Below, one piece after another: positions 26,699 through 40,800 of a stretch of DNA of 64,000 nucleotides (positions within the stretch are counted from its first letter, which is position 1; every line of letters begins with the position of its first letter). The stretch covers positions 19,282,001-19,346,000 of the forward strand of contig NC_092671.1 in the NCBI RefSeq assembly GCF_964355755.1, read 5' to 3'. The translations under genes were made by a program, and so were the position numbers. The notes under the pieces were generated by a model that saw only the letters and a list, made by a program, of their open reading frames with translations, was not told where the DNA came from and searched no databases. The DNA comes from Antedon mediterranea (Eukaryota; Animalia; Echinodermata).

Positions 26699-29382
26699 AT
26701 GTCAACCAAAATGAAGGAAAAAGACAGACCTTTGATTTCATATAATTCGGAGAATTCTGGTGGTAATGATATTAAAAAATTGTGTAAGAATGCAGAAAAT
26801 GATGAAGGAAACATAGCTCTAGATCCCAAAATGATTGAAACTTCAAAAAATGTATTTTTAACCTTACCGGATGAGATAATGATTTTTAATATTCTACCCT
26901 TACTGGACTTGATGGAAGTTTGTATCTGTAAAGCGGTGTGTAAGAGATGGAAATGTTTAATACACGCATATTTTTCGCAGTTGAAAGAATTAGATCTTAC
27001 ACCTTGGAGTTACTTAATAGAAGAGGATCATCTGATATCAATAATACGACATACACGATGTCTCAGATATTTAAGGTTAATTATAATCAACAAACCACTA
27101 AGCAACAGTATAAAATTACGTTAAAGTCTGGGGTGTAGCCAAAGAATTTTTATTGATATATTCCAATAATTATCGATCTACAATTTTTCCATATTATTTG
27201 GATTGTGTGTACAATTTTAAATTGTGCAAATCGTTCAATTTGTGCATAACAGTCATTAATACACCTTTTAAAAATATTGCACTTTCTTATCAGTCAGGAT
27301 ATAGTAAGTTCAAAATGCTCGGTAAAATCCCTATTCTTCTCTAACAAATATTATAAATATTTAACCATACATACTCAGGAGGTGATTTCATACTTTTTAG
27401 AATTGGAGCCACTTGAAAATCATTACTAAATGATAATAAGATCATGATTTACTGTAATAAGTCTCTAATATTACTTATAGAACATTAGTTCACATAATTT
27501 CCCTACCTGCCTTTGAAATGTGAAGAGGAAAATAAATGTTTTCTTGGGGGAAATTGCTCTGTATGTATGTATTTTCCCAACTCCATTTCAACCCTGAGCT
27601 TTATAAGTTCAACTCTTGTCAACAAAATTGAATATTGCATGTATAGTAAAGGATTATAAAGGAAAGAAATTTGGATTGGTCCCTCTATAGACCCACATTC
27701 ACTTGCACTATAAATTCCTTAATTGTTTAGATGTTTGCCCTACTCTGATGTAGTTGTACTTTATACTAAAGTTTGGTTCTCCTGCAATGCAATGATGTAA
27801 GTGCATGCAAGTGAGCTTAACAATGACAAATCGATTGATTGTGATTAGTCAAATGCTTGCCTTGCTTTGTATTATCAAATGTACATAGAAAACATTACAT
27901 CAGAGTACGGCAAACATCTGACCAATTAACTTGGCTCTCTGGCGCAAAGCTACTTTGAAGTAATTATTAAATTAGCTTCCTTATTTGCTTTTCTACCAGA
28001 CTAAGTGTATGTTGGAAAGCAGTAACAGAATGTAGTTTGTCTTCAATTGCATCTTCATGTCGAAACCTTGAGGTGTTTGCAGCTAGTAAATGTGGTAAAC
28101 TGACGGACTCAGCAATCACTAAACTGGTGACAAGATGCCATAATATACAAGAATTAGACTTGAGTAGTTGTTATAATGTAAGGTTACTAGAATTACTTAC
28201 TTTAGTTAGTCTTGTATTGTTATTATGTGTTTCATTATCGTTAAACTGAGCATACTGTACATACATTTTGAAAAAAAATTCTTTTAAAAGTGCAGAAATT
28301 CACCTGTTATATACATACAATACATTATATTTATTATTTTCTATGAAATTTAAGAGGAAATATGATCCGTCTAAGCCAAATATAGTCAAATCCTAAGCCA
28401 GACACCCTTAGAATTGTGGTTCAAAATGATTCATTTCTAATACAGTAGTAAAAAAGAATTTGGGATCTTTTGTATCTTATAGATTCCATAAGATATAGTC
28501 TTATTTGACATGATAAGAGTCAACTGTAGTACAGTATAATTCTGAAACATTGCTTTGTCAATAATCTTCTTGTACGTAAAGTATTTTATATCGTGTAATT
28601 TAATTTAATTTTTCAGATTACCGATAATGCTCTTATTGAAATAGCAAGGCACTGCAAGAACATAAAGGAGCTATATTTAAGTAGTATATACAGTGTTACA
28701 GACATTGGTGTGAATGAGTTAGCTAAGCATTCAAAGACACTAGAGGAATTGGATGTTAGCTATTGTTTTACATTAACTAATGATAGTATGTTACAACTGG
28801 CACAGTTGAAACAATTTGGATCTTTGAAATCACTTCGTATAAAAGGATGCTCAAAGGTATGCATGCAATATATTGTCCCCCTCAAAAAGAAATGTGCTAA
28901 ATGTTTTTGTTGAATATGCCATTTTAATGTCGCATAATAGAAATTATTTTGAAAATTTGTTATGGAAGTGATTAACTTGATTAAAAATGCCAAATCTTCA
29001 TCTTCATTTTTCATGTTTTTTGGGAACAATTATTAAGAATGATATATCTACGAACTGAAAATATCTTGTCCAAAAGTCGCCCAATCTTTTTATTTAACAA
29101 AATAATTTATTCAATATATATGAGGACAAGCTTTTCTCTAAGAAAAGGCTTAACAGCAATGAAAATGTCAAACCGACATAAAAGAGAAATGATTTTGGTG
29201 AAATTTCATTCTAAGAAATGAAAATTCTCAAACATATTCACTAAGTTGCTTTGCTGAAATTCATGTTGTGATTATTGTTTACTTAGTATTTGATCATGTG
29301 TATGTTTTCTTTATATTAGGTGTCTGAGGAAACAGCACTAAAGTTAATGCAGACTGGTATTGAAGTGAACAATATGTTCTGA
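26699..29382 (+). CDS. F-box/leucine-rich repeat protein, FBXL15-like, 4 coding exons
   Basis: Exons 26699-27075, 28000-28177, 28617-28856, 29320-29382 (858 nt, 285 aa). F-box FLTLPDEIMIFNILPLLDLMEVCICKAVCKRWKCL is followed by cysteine-containing LRRs (CRNLEVF..SKCGKLTD, IQELDLSSCYNITD, LEELDVSYCFTLTN, LKSLRIKGCSKV). Size and C-terminal ending resemble FBXL15; the subfamily call is inference. Confidence 0.88.
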
Positions 29383-29519
29383 GAGTCATTTTACTTGAAT
29401 TGATGATCAATTGCACCAGCGGAAATCAGTCAACTTGACCCGAATTGCCCTCCATACTAGGCTTATTAGGACCAAGCTGACCGCTTAGTTTCTGCCCGCA
29501 AGGCTGTGAGGAACCAACT

Positions 29520-29660
29520 ATGTAGTGGTGCTCTATTTAATCAGTGTTTTATTTGGGCTAGTCGAGTTCAATGCATGCTTGTCACGTTGCATGTTTCCTT
29601 AGGCAAGACACTTGCGCTTGCCTCTCTCTACCCAGGTGTACAAATGGGTACCTGGTTGGG
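29520..29660 (+). mobile_element. CORE-like SINE remnant in the F-box gene 3' region
   Basis: B-box-like GAGTTCAA followed by TGTTTCCTTAGGCAAGACACTT...CCTCTCTCTACCCAGGTGTACAAATGGGTACC, the CORE-SINE central domain pattern. Confidence 0.65.
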
Positions 29661-30116
29661 TCAAAGCATCAACTGCGCTGATACTGACTGCATCATCAAA
29701 ATAACTGAGGTAAAAATGTGAGAGCATCATTTGAAAATGTATATATGGAATTTGCTCTATAATGAATAGTTAACTGTAGATTTTAGTTGCCCAAAGAAGT
29801 TCTAGTATGATCAGGCATTAAGAAGAGACATTGAATAATGGTGGTATTATATAGCATGACTTGAAACATAAATGTTATGGTTAATGTCTGTAAGTGTACA
29901 ATTTGTTTAACACAAATTGTTTCCGAAATGAACGCAACACAATAACGTAGGCACAAGACAAGTGATTTTACCAATCACAAGTGACAGTTCGGATGATCCA
30001 TCACATCGTGTTTGGACTAATTGCATCGCTTTAGCTTGTAATTAATTTTTTTTATAATATTCTACTGTCCTTTTGGCAAGTATTCTTAGTAATATTGTAT
30101 ATATATATTCGCTTAA

Positions 30117-30736
30117 AGACACCTTCCCTACGTTTTTTAGATCTATTTTAAGATCACAAACTATATTTAATGTAAAAATAATACTATATGGTCCTATTGC
30201 GATAACTTTTCTCGTCTTTAAATGGTTAAAAATGTGAAAAATAAGTCGATTCTAATAATTATAGCGGCCCGCTATAAATCCCAAAATGCCTTGCACGCGG
30301 ATTGATATTTCTGCTTTTCTTCTGTAATTAACCCACTTTTCGATCAATCGCGAGGCCAAAACAAATGGAAGACTCCTAACTTTTCAGCGAAAATACCAGG
30401 TTTTCCCCAATTTGTGTCAACGGAGTCTGGCAAAAATAGAAAGACAATTAATGCAGCAACTATACAACGTCAGACTAGGTATATAGCTAGCGTACGATGT
30501 TCGTACGTTACCGATGTTTACCAGCTAGGCAAAACAAACAAGTCAAAACTAGGCCTAAAGACACCGTCCACGAGAGGTCAGTCGCCGCGACCTACTTAGT
30601 TAGTGCATTGTTTCTCATTTTTTATCATAATTTACCATAAAACGTACATTTAAGACAAGGAATGACCTGGTTTAATGTTTTTAAAGTAATATTGTATTAT
30701 TTTTACAAAACGTCACAAATTGTAGGGAAGGTGTCT
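30117..30736. mobile_element. Kolobok-type non-autonomous DNA transposon
   Basis: TIR AGACACCTTCCCTAC and GTAGGGAAGGTGTCT; TTAA TSD on both sides. A homologue of the right end lies at 51247-51333. Confidence 0.85.
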
Positions 30737-31222
30737 TTAATTTAAAGACAATACTGTTTTACAAGGTTTTTTGTTAAGTAAAAATACTGTATTTTTAATA
30801 TTTAGGCCCATCTTTTTACTTAAACATTACAAAACATGGAATGTGTTTATTTTTTAAGGAACAGTTAAGTTACAAAAAATAAAAATAAATACAATACATT
30901 GTTGTTGCCAATATCTTAGTATACATTATTATTTCACTACTCAACTTATTAAAAAGTGAATTTTGTAACATAATTAAACTAATATTAAAGAGATTTCATG
31001 TTTGTTTTACAACAAATAAAGCCATTGCTGAACAAAGCATCAAATGAACTCTTTGTATTTGTTGAAGCCAGAAATTATATAGTCACTAATATACAGTATA
31101 ACATCAATGATTAGTCAATACTAATTGTGACTAAGGGATTGCTGTAAATTCTTCATTGTTTTAACAAGAGGGTGTCCCAAAGCGGCAATTCTATTGAAAC
31201 ATTATCTTTCAACCCAAACTAA

Positions 31223-31376
31223 AGCACTGTCTACAATATCAAACAAGTTTGACAAAAAAGTATGATGTGCTCAAATATATTAGTAATATGCCCAAATATG
31301 GTAGTGATATGACATCATTATGCCCATTACATCATATCATTTTTGTCACATAAAGATTGATATTGTAGACAGAACT
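31223..31376. mobile_element. Short Harbinger-type MITE (154 bp)
   Basis: TIR AGCACTGTCTACAATATCAA and TTGATATTGTAGACAGAACT; TAA flanks; second copy at 61232-61384. Confidence 0.8.
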
Positions 31377-31537
31377 TAATACTTAGTACTGCTCATGTGA
31401 AATGTAGAGCTTTTGTAAGGCGTGCAGTGTTTTGTTGACCTACAGTAGTACATCAAAGTTAAACACTATGGCTTTACCTGTTGTATTAATGGTTTTCATT
31501 ATCAACCTACTGTTGCTTATCAACAGCTTTAAATATT

Positions 31538-34500
31538 TCATCTTTCAAGCTGCGATCGTTGGATCACATCCTGAACACAGTTTCTCATTTGGTTTATGAC
31601 ACGCCTTGGATCATCACTGCCAACGACGGCACTTCCGGAAACTATCATATTTGCACCCGCCTACAAGAAATATAAATATTAATTATGAGGTGTTCTGTTT
31701 AAATGGACAACTGAAGAATTTTCATGAAAGAAGAAAACAGTAAACTAAGGAAAGAGTCATTCAAATCGATTTGAAAACTCGTCTTTTTAACTTTTTTTTT
31801 TCTTAGTTTTCCACTTTTGCTTTCTTTGTTTAGTGCATTGGGACTTTGCATAGTGCGATTTATTCATTTATTATTATTACATGCAATTATTAATGCAGAT
31901 GGGAAAATATCCGCTTTAAATTTGTTTTACCGGGTGACAGGTGGTCACTATTTATTTATGTCCTGCTTGACCTACACATTCAAAATAAGTTCTCAGTTAG
32001 GCCTACATAAAACCTGGTTGAATGTGAATGCAAACTTATATTACCTCAGCAGCTTTGCCTATAGTGGCAGGGCCAATTCCACCATCCACTTCTATATCTA
32101 GCGATCTAAATCTTTCCCGTAATGCTCGCACCTATAAAATATCAAGACAGTACTATATATATATAGGTATTTATTCATAAAAAAACACATAAATAGTACA
32201 AACAGAAGGCAGCCCAACGGCTGAAAAATTCTGCAAACAACGTACAAAGTAAAAATTTAAAAGACTTAACAACAATATAAAATATACAAGTACACAGTAA
32301 ATCAGATCATTAAAAAGCCGTTAAAATTCAATGATGAGAAATTGAATGTTACTATGGCTTAGGTATAGTATTATCAGCTAACTAGAATGAAAATTGTACA
32401 GCATCTTTTCGCCCATAACAGTGAGTGCTTGGATATTGTGTCATCTAAATAGATAAATGTAAGACTAGTACTTTTCATACACAATTAAGAACGGTACTGG
32501 GATATTTCTTAATTCAGGTATAAGCCCACCCCAAACCTTAAATTAATTTTTCATACAGAATTGAAAATTTACTTGTGTGTCTGCCGACAATTTTTTTTGT
32601 AACACCCTCTATGGCTAATTGTATCTCATTTACATACTTATGCATAATACTGTAGTTATTGTTTACTTTTGGAATTATTGTTCATTCCTGATGATGATCA
32701 AATAAAGATCAATATTTGGAGTCATTTTTATACTATGGAATTAGAACAGTGTTTGTATATTTGTTGATCCAGGTATTAGTCCACCACCCACATTGACCCA
32801 TTCCATTTAAAAGGACAGGACTATTTATATGCAAAAGAACAAAAGAGAACATACTAGTGTTGTGTAATATCTCGTATGAAAGGAAGTTAGCTAATCTAAA
32901 ATTCATTCATAAATACTTTATTTCTAACAGTAAACAAGGGATGTAGCACAGGATATCCTCCTAGTTGCAAGCAACGGATAAACTCATTAAACACAAAAAC
33001 AAGTAATCTAATACTAATACTGTAGTAACTTGTGTCATGGTCAAATGATCGAACCAAAGAATCTTCAATAATATGGAATGTTATGTTTATTATTAAGGGA
33101 TCCTACTAAACACATACACTCCACACAATGATATGCAACCGTCCCCTAAATAATCACCTTACTCCTAAATATCTTAACCCTCTTGATTACTCCCTTTGAG
33201 AGTACTAGTGAATTGCGTCATACAGTACTCTAGGTACGTGTGCTACTACAGTATTATGTATACATATAGTAGCATGTAGTTGTGTATTGAGTTTAGTAGG
33301 ACCCAAAGATCTTATATACTAAAGATGTGACACTACCCGCGTTTACGCGTCAAATTATAGTGCGCCCCCTCGCTTAAACAAGTAACAAACTTTTGCGTGA
33401 CGATCGCAGTATTCTTTAGGGATTGAGTATTCGCGCCAAAGTTTGTATGGTTAACAAACAATGAATGAAAAGAGAAAAAGTGGAGGGATGTACTGTGCTG
33501 CAATTAATTGTAAAAGCAATTCAAAGTCCAACCCAGAACTTAAGTTTTACAATTTACCCAAAGACAAGAACAGGTAAATTTATGTAATTAAATAAGTAGC
33601 CTACATCTTAACATATGCTATGTGGGACTAATCTTACTTTACTGTATTCAATTTATACATAATTAATAAACTAGGCTAGGTAGGCCTATTATTAATAATT
33701 ATTATTTAAACGTATGAAATGATTATTATTATCATTATTAGGCTACTACTAGTACATTAGTTATATAACAGTGAAATTACACTAATTTCACTGTTCCCTG
33801 ATTATATTACTTATCCTTTAAAATTTAGTACCCTTAACAAACAATTTTTAAAACTTTCAATTCAAGAAACATTTATTGACCAAATATATATCATTACAAT
33901 TGTTGGCATATAAGTAAAAATTTGGTCGAAAGACTACAAGAAGCCCAATTGGCATGTCGCTGTAGTCTCTCTTTTTACATTATACAAATAATAATAATAA
34001 TAATAATACTTAATATAAACAAATTGTGATCTTGATTATTTCATGCTTTCCGTCTCATGGTTAATATTTGCTTTCTGTCTCATGGTTATTTTATTTCGTT
34101 TAATTTAACTAGCCGTTACATACATTACAGTATATTAACGCATGAAATGATTATTATTATCATTATTAGGCTAGGACATTAGTTATAATAACAGTGAAAT
34201 TACACTATTTGTATTGTTCCCTGGTTATATTACTTATCCGTTGAGTAGCCCTAACAAACAATTTTTAATTGAATCTTATACTTAATATTTATGAAATTCA
34301 ACCGTTAGTTAGTTAGTTAGTGGTTTTAGGTTAGGCTTAAGTATTTGACTTTAGGCCCTAACCAATTTGAAAATCAATTAGCATGCACGTAGACTTCCTA
34401 TAATTACGTAAACGTTAATTATATGATAAAGCAAAAACTCACTAGACAATTATTAATTTACAGGTGTGCAAAATGGGCCCAGAACACACGACGCGCGGAT

Positions 34501-34780
34501 TTGAGAATTTACACCGTAATTGCCAATTGTGCAATATTCATTTCGAAGAATCTCAAATAATGATGGTCACAGGCAGACTAAATCAAGATTGCATTGAGAA
34601 CTTATTTTCTATTGTCAGAAGGAGAGGGGGTCATCGCTATAACCCGATGGCAAATGAATTTAGAGCCTCCCTGAAGGAAGTTATGTTCAACAGGATGTTG
34701 TTCCGTTAGGGAATTCGAATTGCCTAGAAAACACTGATCGACAGTACAGCTAAATGGAATTGATGCAATAATGATGGCCC

Positions 34781-34812
<32 letters not shown>

Positions 34813-37800
34813 ACGCCACAATCGCATCATGTTGTCGATCAAGAAGACAACGATGCCACCACTGACGACGACTGCTGCTTAGAGAAGACTTTGAGATGAC
34901 TCAGCTAAATACTTTAGTATATGTAGCCGGTTACGTCGTCAAGAAAGTAAGTGTAAAGCACAACTGCGATATCTGTAACAGTGCGATGCGAGAAACCAAT
35001 CAAAAACTGGAAGACCCAAAGCAGTTCCTAACACATTTTAAGTCTTATATGCTCATCAACCAGTAAAACGACTTCGGAGGATTAATTATGCCTACTGACA
35101 ATGTAGTCAATGTCCTATCTATCTGTGAAAAGATTTTTGTTTCTAACTTTAACAAATACTTACATACATCAAACATCAGCAGAAAAATAAAGTTAAAAAT
35201 CGCTACCATGTTACATAGGTTTGGTATGAAGTTGAATCTTTGTTCAACAGCAATTGAAACATTGCTAATTGAAATGTACGTAAACCTACGCATATTATAT
35301 GCTGTTAAATTCTTCAGAGACATAATCAGTGATAAGAAGAAGAGTAAAAAATTAATTATAAAGTATCACATTTATGAGGTATGGTAAAGTTGTAGGAGGT
35401 CTGTACGCGCCCCGGTCTGTGCATTATCGGCTAGAAATGATGATCATTACGACGGTCTGGTATGATGATTGAATAATTGTAAATATGATGATTTTATTTC
35501 AATGTTTCTGCATTTTTTATATTTCCTCTGGGTGGCCCGTGCATCATTTCGCAATAGTTATTGAGTTAATTTTAAACTGAGACTACTATAACATAATTAA
35601 TTGTTATCTGAGGTTTTAAATAAATTATAATAATAAATGAATGTCATGGCGAATGATGGGTACATGTATGCCTAGTATGAATTGTCTCAGAATTGACTAT
35701 CATAATCTGTTTCATCATGCCTGTAGGCTTAAGCCTATGATTGTTTATAAATATATTCCGAAAAATTACTGCAATAAAATAGTCGAAGTAGTGATTTTAA
35801 AAAGTGACTTCTTGTTCTTTTTTAATTGTTTATAACACACTATTTGACTAATATATTTTCCTAATCTGCACTGTTTTGCTGCTGGATGAAAAAGAAGAAC
35901 ACATCAAGAACAAAAACGGAATACGATGCGCTTAGTGTTAATACCAGAGGGACCGACTCGGATAAATAAGTAGTTGTGATGTGAGTGATGATTACTCCTA
36001 GATGATGATTTTGAGGATGATGATAAACATTCAATAATAACAACAATATTCAGTAATTAAAACAAATAGAGATATACAAAGTACAGGAAATAAGTCTATC
36101 ATTATAATTTAATCGCACATTACCGCAATTATTGTGATGAAAAAAATTACAAGTTACAATACACAGTAGACATATCTGATCCATAAATCTACTTGTTTGA
36201 GCGAGAGGGCACCCTATAAAATGAGCTCCATGTGTGTTACATAAATTGCACGTAAAATTCCGAGAGTGTCCCATCTTTAGTATATAAGATCTTTGGTAGG
36301 ACCATTATTAAGTATATTACATGAAAGAATTATTTGTTTGCTTAAGGTACTAAGGAATTACATACAAACTTTTTCCTAAGCCAGCCATTACACTTTAACA
36401 TAATGCTGGTACTATATATTATTGTTCATATGACCTTCACAATGTCATGGAATTGCTTATTGGACTGAAACACATGCACTCACCATGAAGGTTTCCTCCA
36501 TGCATAGAGATATTATAATATAATTCCATGTAAATACTATGTGGCTGTTTTTTTTAAACATTATTACAGCATTATTTACCCTTTATTCAGAAAGTTTGTA
36601 ATATTCACTAAAGGCATTGTTTATTACATAATAATATTAACCATGGTTAAAGCCAAAGTTTTTATCATGTATTCGGACACCCAGGAGAATTTTTCCAGGA
36701 GCCTGGTTTTGTTTAGGGGTAGTTTGTGGGGTTTGTAGAGGGGTAGATGTCTCTAGAACCTTCCAAGGGCGTCCAACTTATTGACCCAGACCATCCATTC
36801 TACCACTACAGATCTTTTATATTATATTTTTAACCAGTTTTAGTTGTGGATCATTTCTATTGGCAATCTGGACAATAAAATGGCACATGACGACTCAACA
36901 ATGGAGCAGATTGAAACAGCTGTAATGGTGTTACCTTTGACATCATATCTTCCATAAATTTCTGTCCTCCAAAACCAGGTTCGACTGTCATCACCAGTAT
37001 CATGTCTACGTCCTCAACATACGGCATCACTACATCAACTGATGTACCTGGCTTGATACCAATTCCAACCTGATTAATGATGACAAATAACATTATAAAC
37101 ATATTATAAAAACAGAACTGATTTGGATTTTACGACTAACATACCATAATGCACATTTACATTAACATGTGTACAAAAGGCTTTTTGAAACTACATGATG
37201 GATTCAAATAATAATTTAAAAAAATGTCAATTACAAAAAAATCAGTTTTTTTATTCTATCAATTCTATTCAACAAAAAGTTACATTTTCAATTGAAATTG
37301 ATCAAAAACATAAAATCCTTTATTTTTCAGATTGATACAGCATTTTGAAACTTTACTTTTATAATAGTGGCGCACAATAATGGTGCTTTCACAAAAAGGC
37401 AAACACATCATTACGTACATTTTACTACAAACTATAAGTAACATATAGCTATACAAACAAATGACATAAAAAGCAATGTGTAAAATATTTCATTTAATAA
37501 ATTGAATTGAAAAGATGTACATTAGTAAAGATAAAATATTGTAAACTTTACATGTAATAAAATGTTTTAAATGATTCAATTAATTCATTCAATTGGATAT
37601 TTTAAAAATTTTATTAAAATAAATCCACTACAATAATTAAGAGAATCAGTCATTAAGCTTGCAATGAGTTAAAGCTGAACTGTGTACTAGTATAATACAT
37701 ACTCCAGGTATAAATACACACAATCATGATAGGATTCAATATTTTGACGTTAACTATATCATCATCAGCAACAACACTTGACTCCTAATGACACAGTTTA

Positions 37801-40800
37801 TGATAAAATAATACCGTTACCGCTTGTATGTGTAAATTGGCCTTTACACAAAAAGATGAAAATGACTCGACAAAAAGCCTGTCATGATCTGATGCCAATT
37901 GTGAGCAAACAAACATGGATTAACAAACAGAAAAAAATGTAAATCTTCTTTTGTAATTGACAATAAGAGCATAACCACCCTGGACTAACTAAGTTATTAT
38001 TGCTAAATTTAACTTCCATTTCATAGCTATATCCATGGGGATTTATAAACAAACAAACAAGCAAACATTTTTTTGGGTAATAAAATTTAAAATCAATAGT
38101 ACAGTCATATTATAATCATATCATAATCAGTTGTCAAAATATTTTCTATTGTGAATCAGAAAAAGAAATTCATAAACAGAAATATATAGTGGCACAGTTT
38201 CGCTGCAAAGAAGCAAACATCAACAAAAGGCCTCCTGCATAATTTGATAATTCGTCACATATGCAATAAATATTCCCAAAGCACAATTGATTTGTTTTTC
38301 ATATTTTAACTGGCCTCTAAACTTACTAAATCAGCTCCATCTACAATAAGTTGGCTACCATAGTAGGCTAGGCCTAGCTATGTAAACGCCGTGTCGCACG
38401 TGTGGATTCAATGTATTGAAGCTAAGATAAGGAAACAGACATGCGCAGTTTAGCCGGTCTATAGTTTGAGGGCATGGCAATAACTATAGACCAGCGATTA
38501 ACCAATCAGATGCCATGAATTGAAAATACAAAATATAGTCCAAGTTGATAGATACTTTTAATATTGTAAATCATTTCAGTCGCACATTCCAGCGTGCTAC
38601 TCACATTTTGAATTTTGGTATATTTGTTATTGCCAGAAATTTATTAATATGACGGTTAAATACAATGTCATTACATACTGTATCCAGCCTTTTATTAAAG
38701 TGCTATTATAACTGCACACATATAATTATCTGTCAATTTGACACATATTCGGTAATTTTTCTTTAGTCGGGTGCAACGTGACTCTACAGCTCACTATGTC
38801 AGTCAGTTGATCGGTCAGTAAACATTAACTTGAGCACGCGACTGCAGCCATGTATATGGCCTTGTTTAAATATACAGTACTACTAATTGACTACACTATA
38901 CAGGTACTAATATAAAAGAGGAGAAACTAATATTGAAATAAAGTCAGTCTGAGGATCAATCAAATCACTATGAAGTAAAATAAGGTTAGCAGTTATACAT
39001 TCCAAATAAAAGTTGGTCATACCTTCATATTAGCTTCACGGATTTTGCGTATGCATCCTGCTGGATCCTCTGTAGCCTCAATATGGAATGTATACTGATT
39101 AGCACCAGCATCTGCCATATTTTGGATCCACTATATCGTTAATTTGAGAAAAACGTTAATTCATAAAGATATTGGTTAATTTAACAGTTTTTTATAGCTT
39201 TTGACGTTTATTTAAATTCAAAATTGTAATAAGTAGAGGGTGAGCTCTAGGAAGTGTAGATGATGGTTCTCGGAATGCTAATGACTCGGGTTAAAAGGTT
39301 TTAGAAGGACGTTCTGGATTGGACATTTTCTGTCGGTTACCATTATTAAAATGCTTGATATTCGTAAACTAAACCTACTCCATTTCACAGTGTCTTAGAT
39401 GATTTTAAAGTATAGTGTTTATTGTTTGGTAGGGCCCTTGTAGGGTGGTGTAAAACTAAACCTACTGTGTTTCACAGTGCAGTCTTAGTTAATAAATAAC
39501 ATTTTAGAGTATAGTGTTTATTGTTTGGTAGGGCCCTTGTAGGGAGGTGTTTATTCGAGGGATACGTTTAATTTTGTTAGTTTTAATACTATGGTAACAT
39601 TAATAAACAAATAAAATCCTCTAATAGATATGAAAAGTGGTAAAAAAGAATAAAAAATGCTTGGTAAATTGTAGATAACAGTGTGATGAATTCTACTACA
39701 AATAGTATCATTGTGTTATAAATATAATACAAAATGCGATTATTATTCTAAGTGATGTTTTATTGAGAAGGTGTTTATTCAAATAAATACCATCCTAATT
39801 AGTATATTAATACATTATTTAGTTTGAACATCTTTTGAAATTAACTTCTGCGACAGAGTTGGCCGTTTAAGCCTAGGAGAGGCAGTATCTCAAGGTCCTA
39901 ACTGGACACAGATAGCCCACAGTTATACCTGCCAACTTACTCAATAACTCGGCTTTCGGGGTTTCACTCGATTTCAAACAAAAATCCTTACGTAATTTTA
40001 TAATACTATTCCTCACAATATACTCGGATGCTTTATGGCGTATATTTAATTTAATCTTTATTAATTTGCAGTATAATTTTTATTTTGCTACTGCACCTTC
40101 ACACGGGTGGTTCTGAAAATAAACAAAAAACTAAATGGCTATCACCACTAACGGCCAACTTAGTTGAAACCAGGAAGTTGCAAGGTGAACCTGTGGACTC
40201 GCCGTGAACCCGGAAATTACTTCTAGCGCGCACAGATGAAAATCTACTGATGAAATAAGAAATTTTGTTTTAAAACCCTTTATAATATCTTCCTAAGATA
40301 GAAATATGGAACAATATCGTAATAGTGGAAACTAATGTTATCAAATCTACGTTTCGCGGTACATCCGAGATAGATAAGGTAGGTATCCAGGGCAGAGATT
40401 TGTCCCGAAGTTTTTCCATTGTCCTCGCTTATGTCAGAATTAACCATAGTTTATTAGATAAAGTATGTCAGAGCTATAATCAATTCAATGTATCTATTTT
40501 ATACATGTTCAGTGATTTGGTGTCATAGAAATGAAAGGAAACATCAGCTGGTGGATTTATGTAGTGTTTTTTGGGGGAAATGTTTCTGCTGAACCCAGTT
40601 TATAAAAATATTTATCTCTTTAGAAATAGATTTGTAGGCTTGACAGACAAAATACTTAAGCTGGCGGTGGAGTTCTATGTTATATTAGAAGTGATATTGC
40701 CTTTAAAGAAATCCAAGAGCTGAGATCTGAAAATGTTGAAGCTCTTTTGATTTAAATAAATTTACCATATTCTAAACCTTTGCTTATAATTGACAGCATT

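Noticed and set aside
35436-35612. Several C-box-like ATGATGA motifs with downstream CTGA, suggesting a C/D snoRNA
   Set aside because: Inside the transposon, AT-rich, with no terminal stem or recognisable rRNA-complementary guide.
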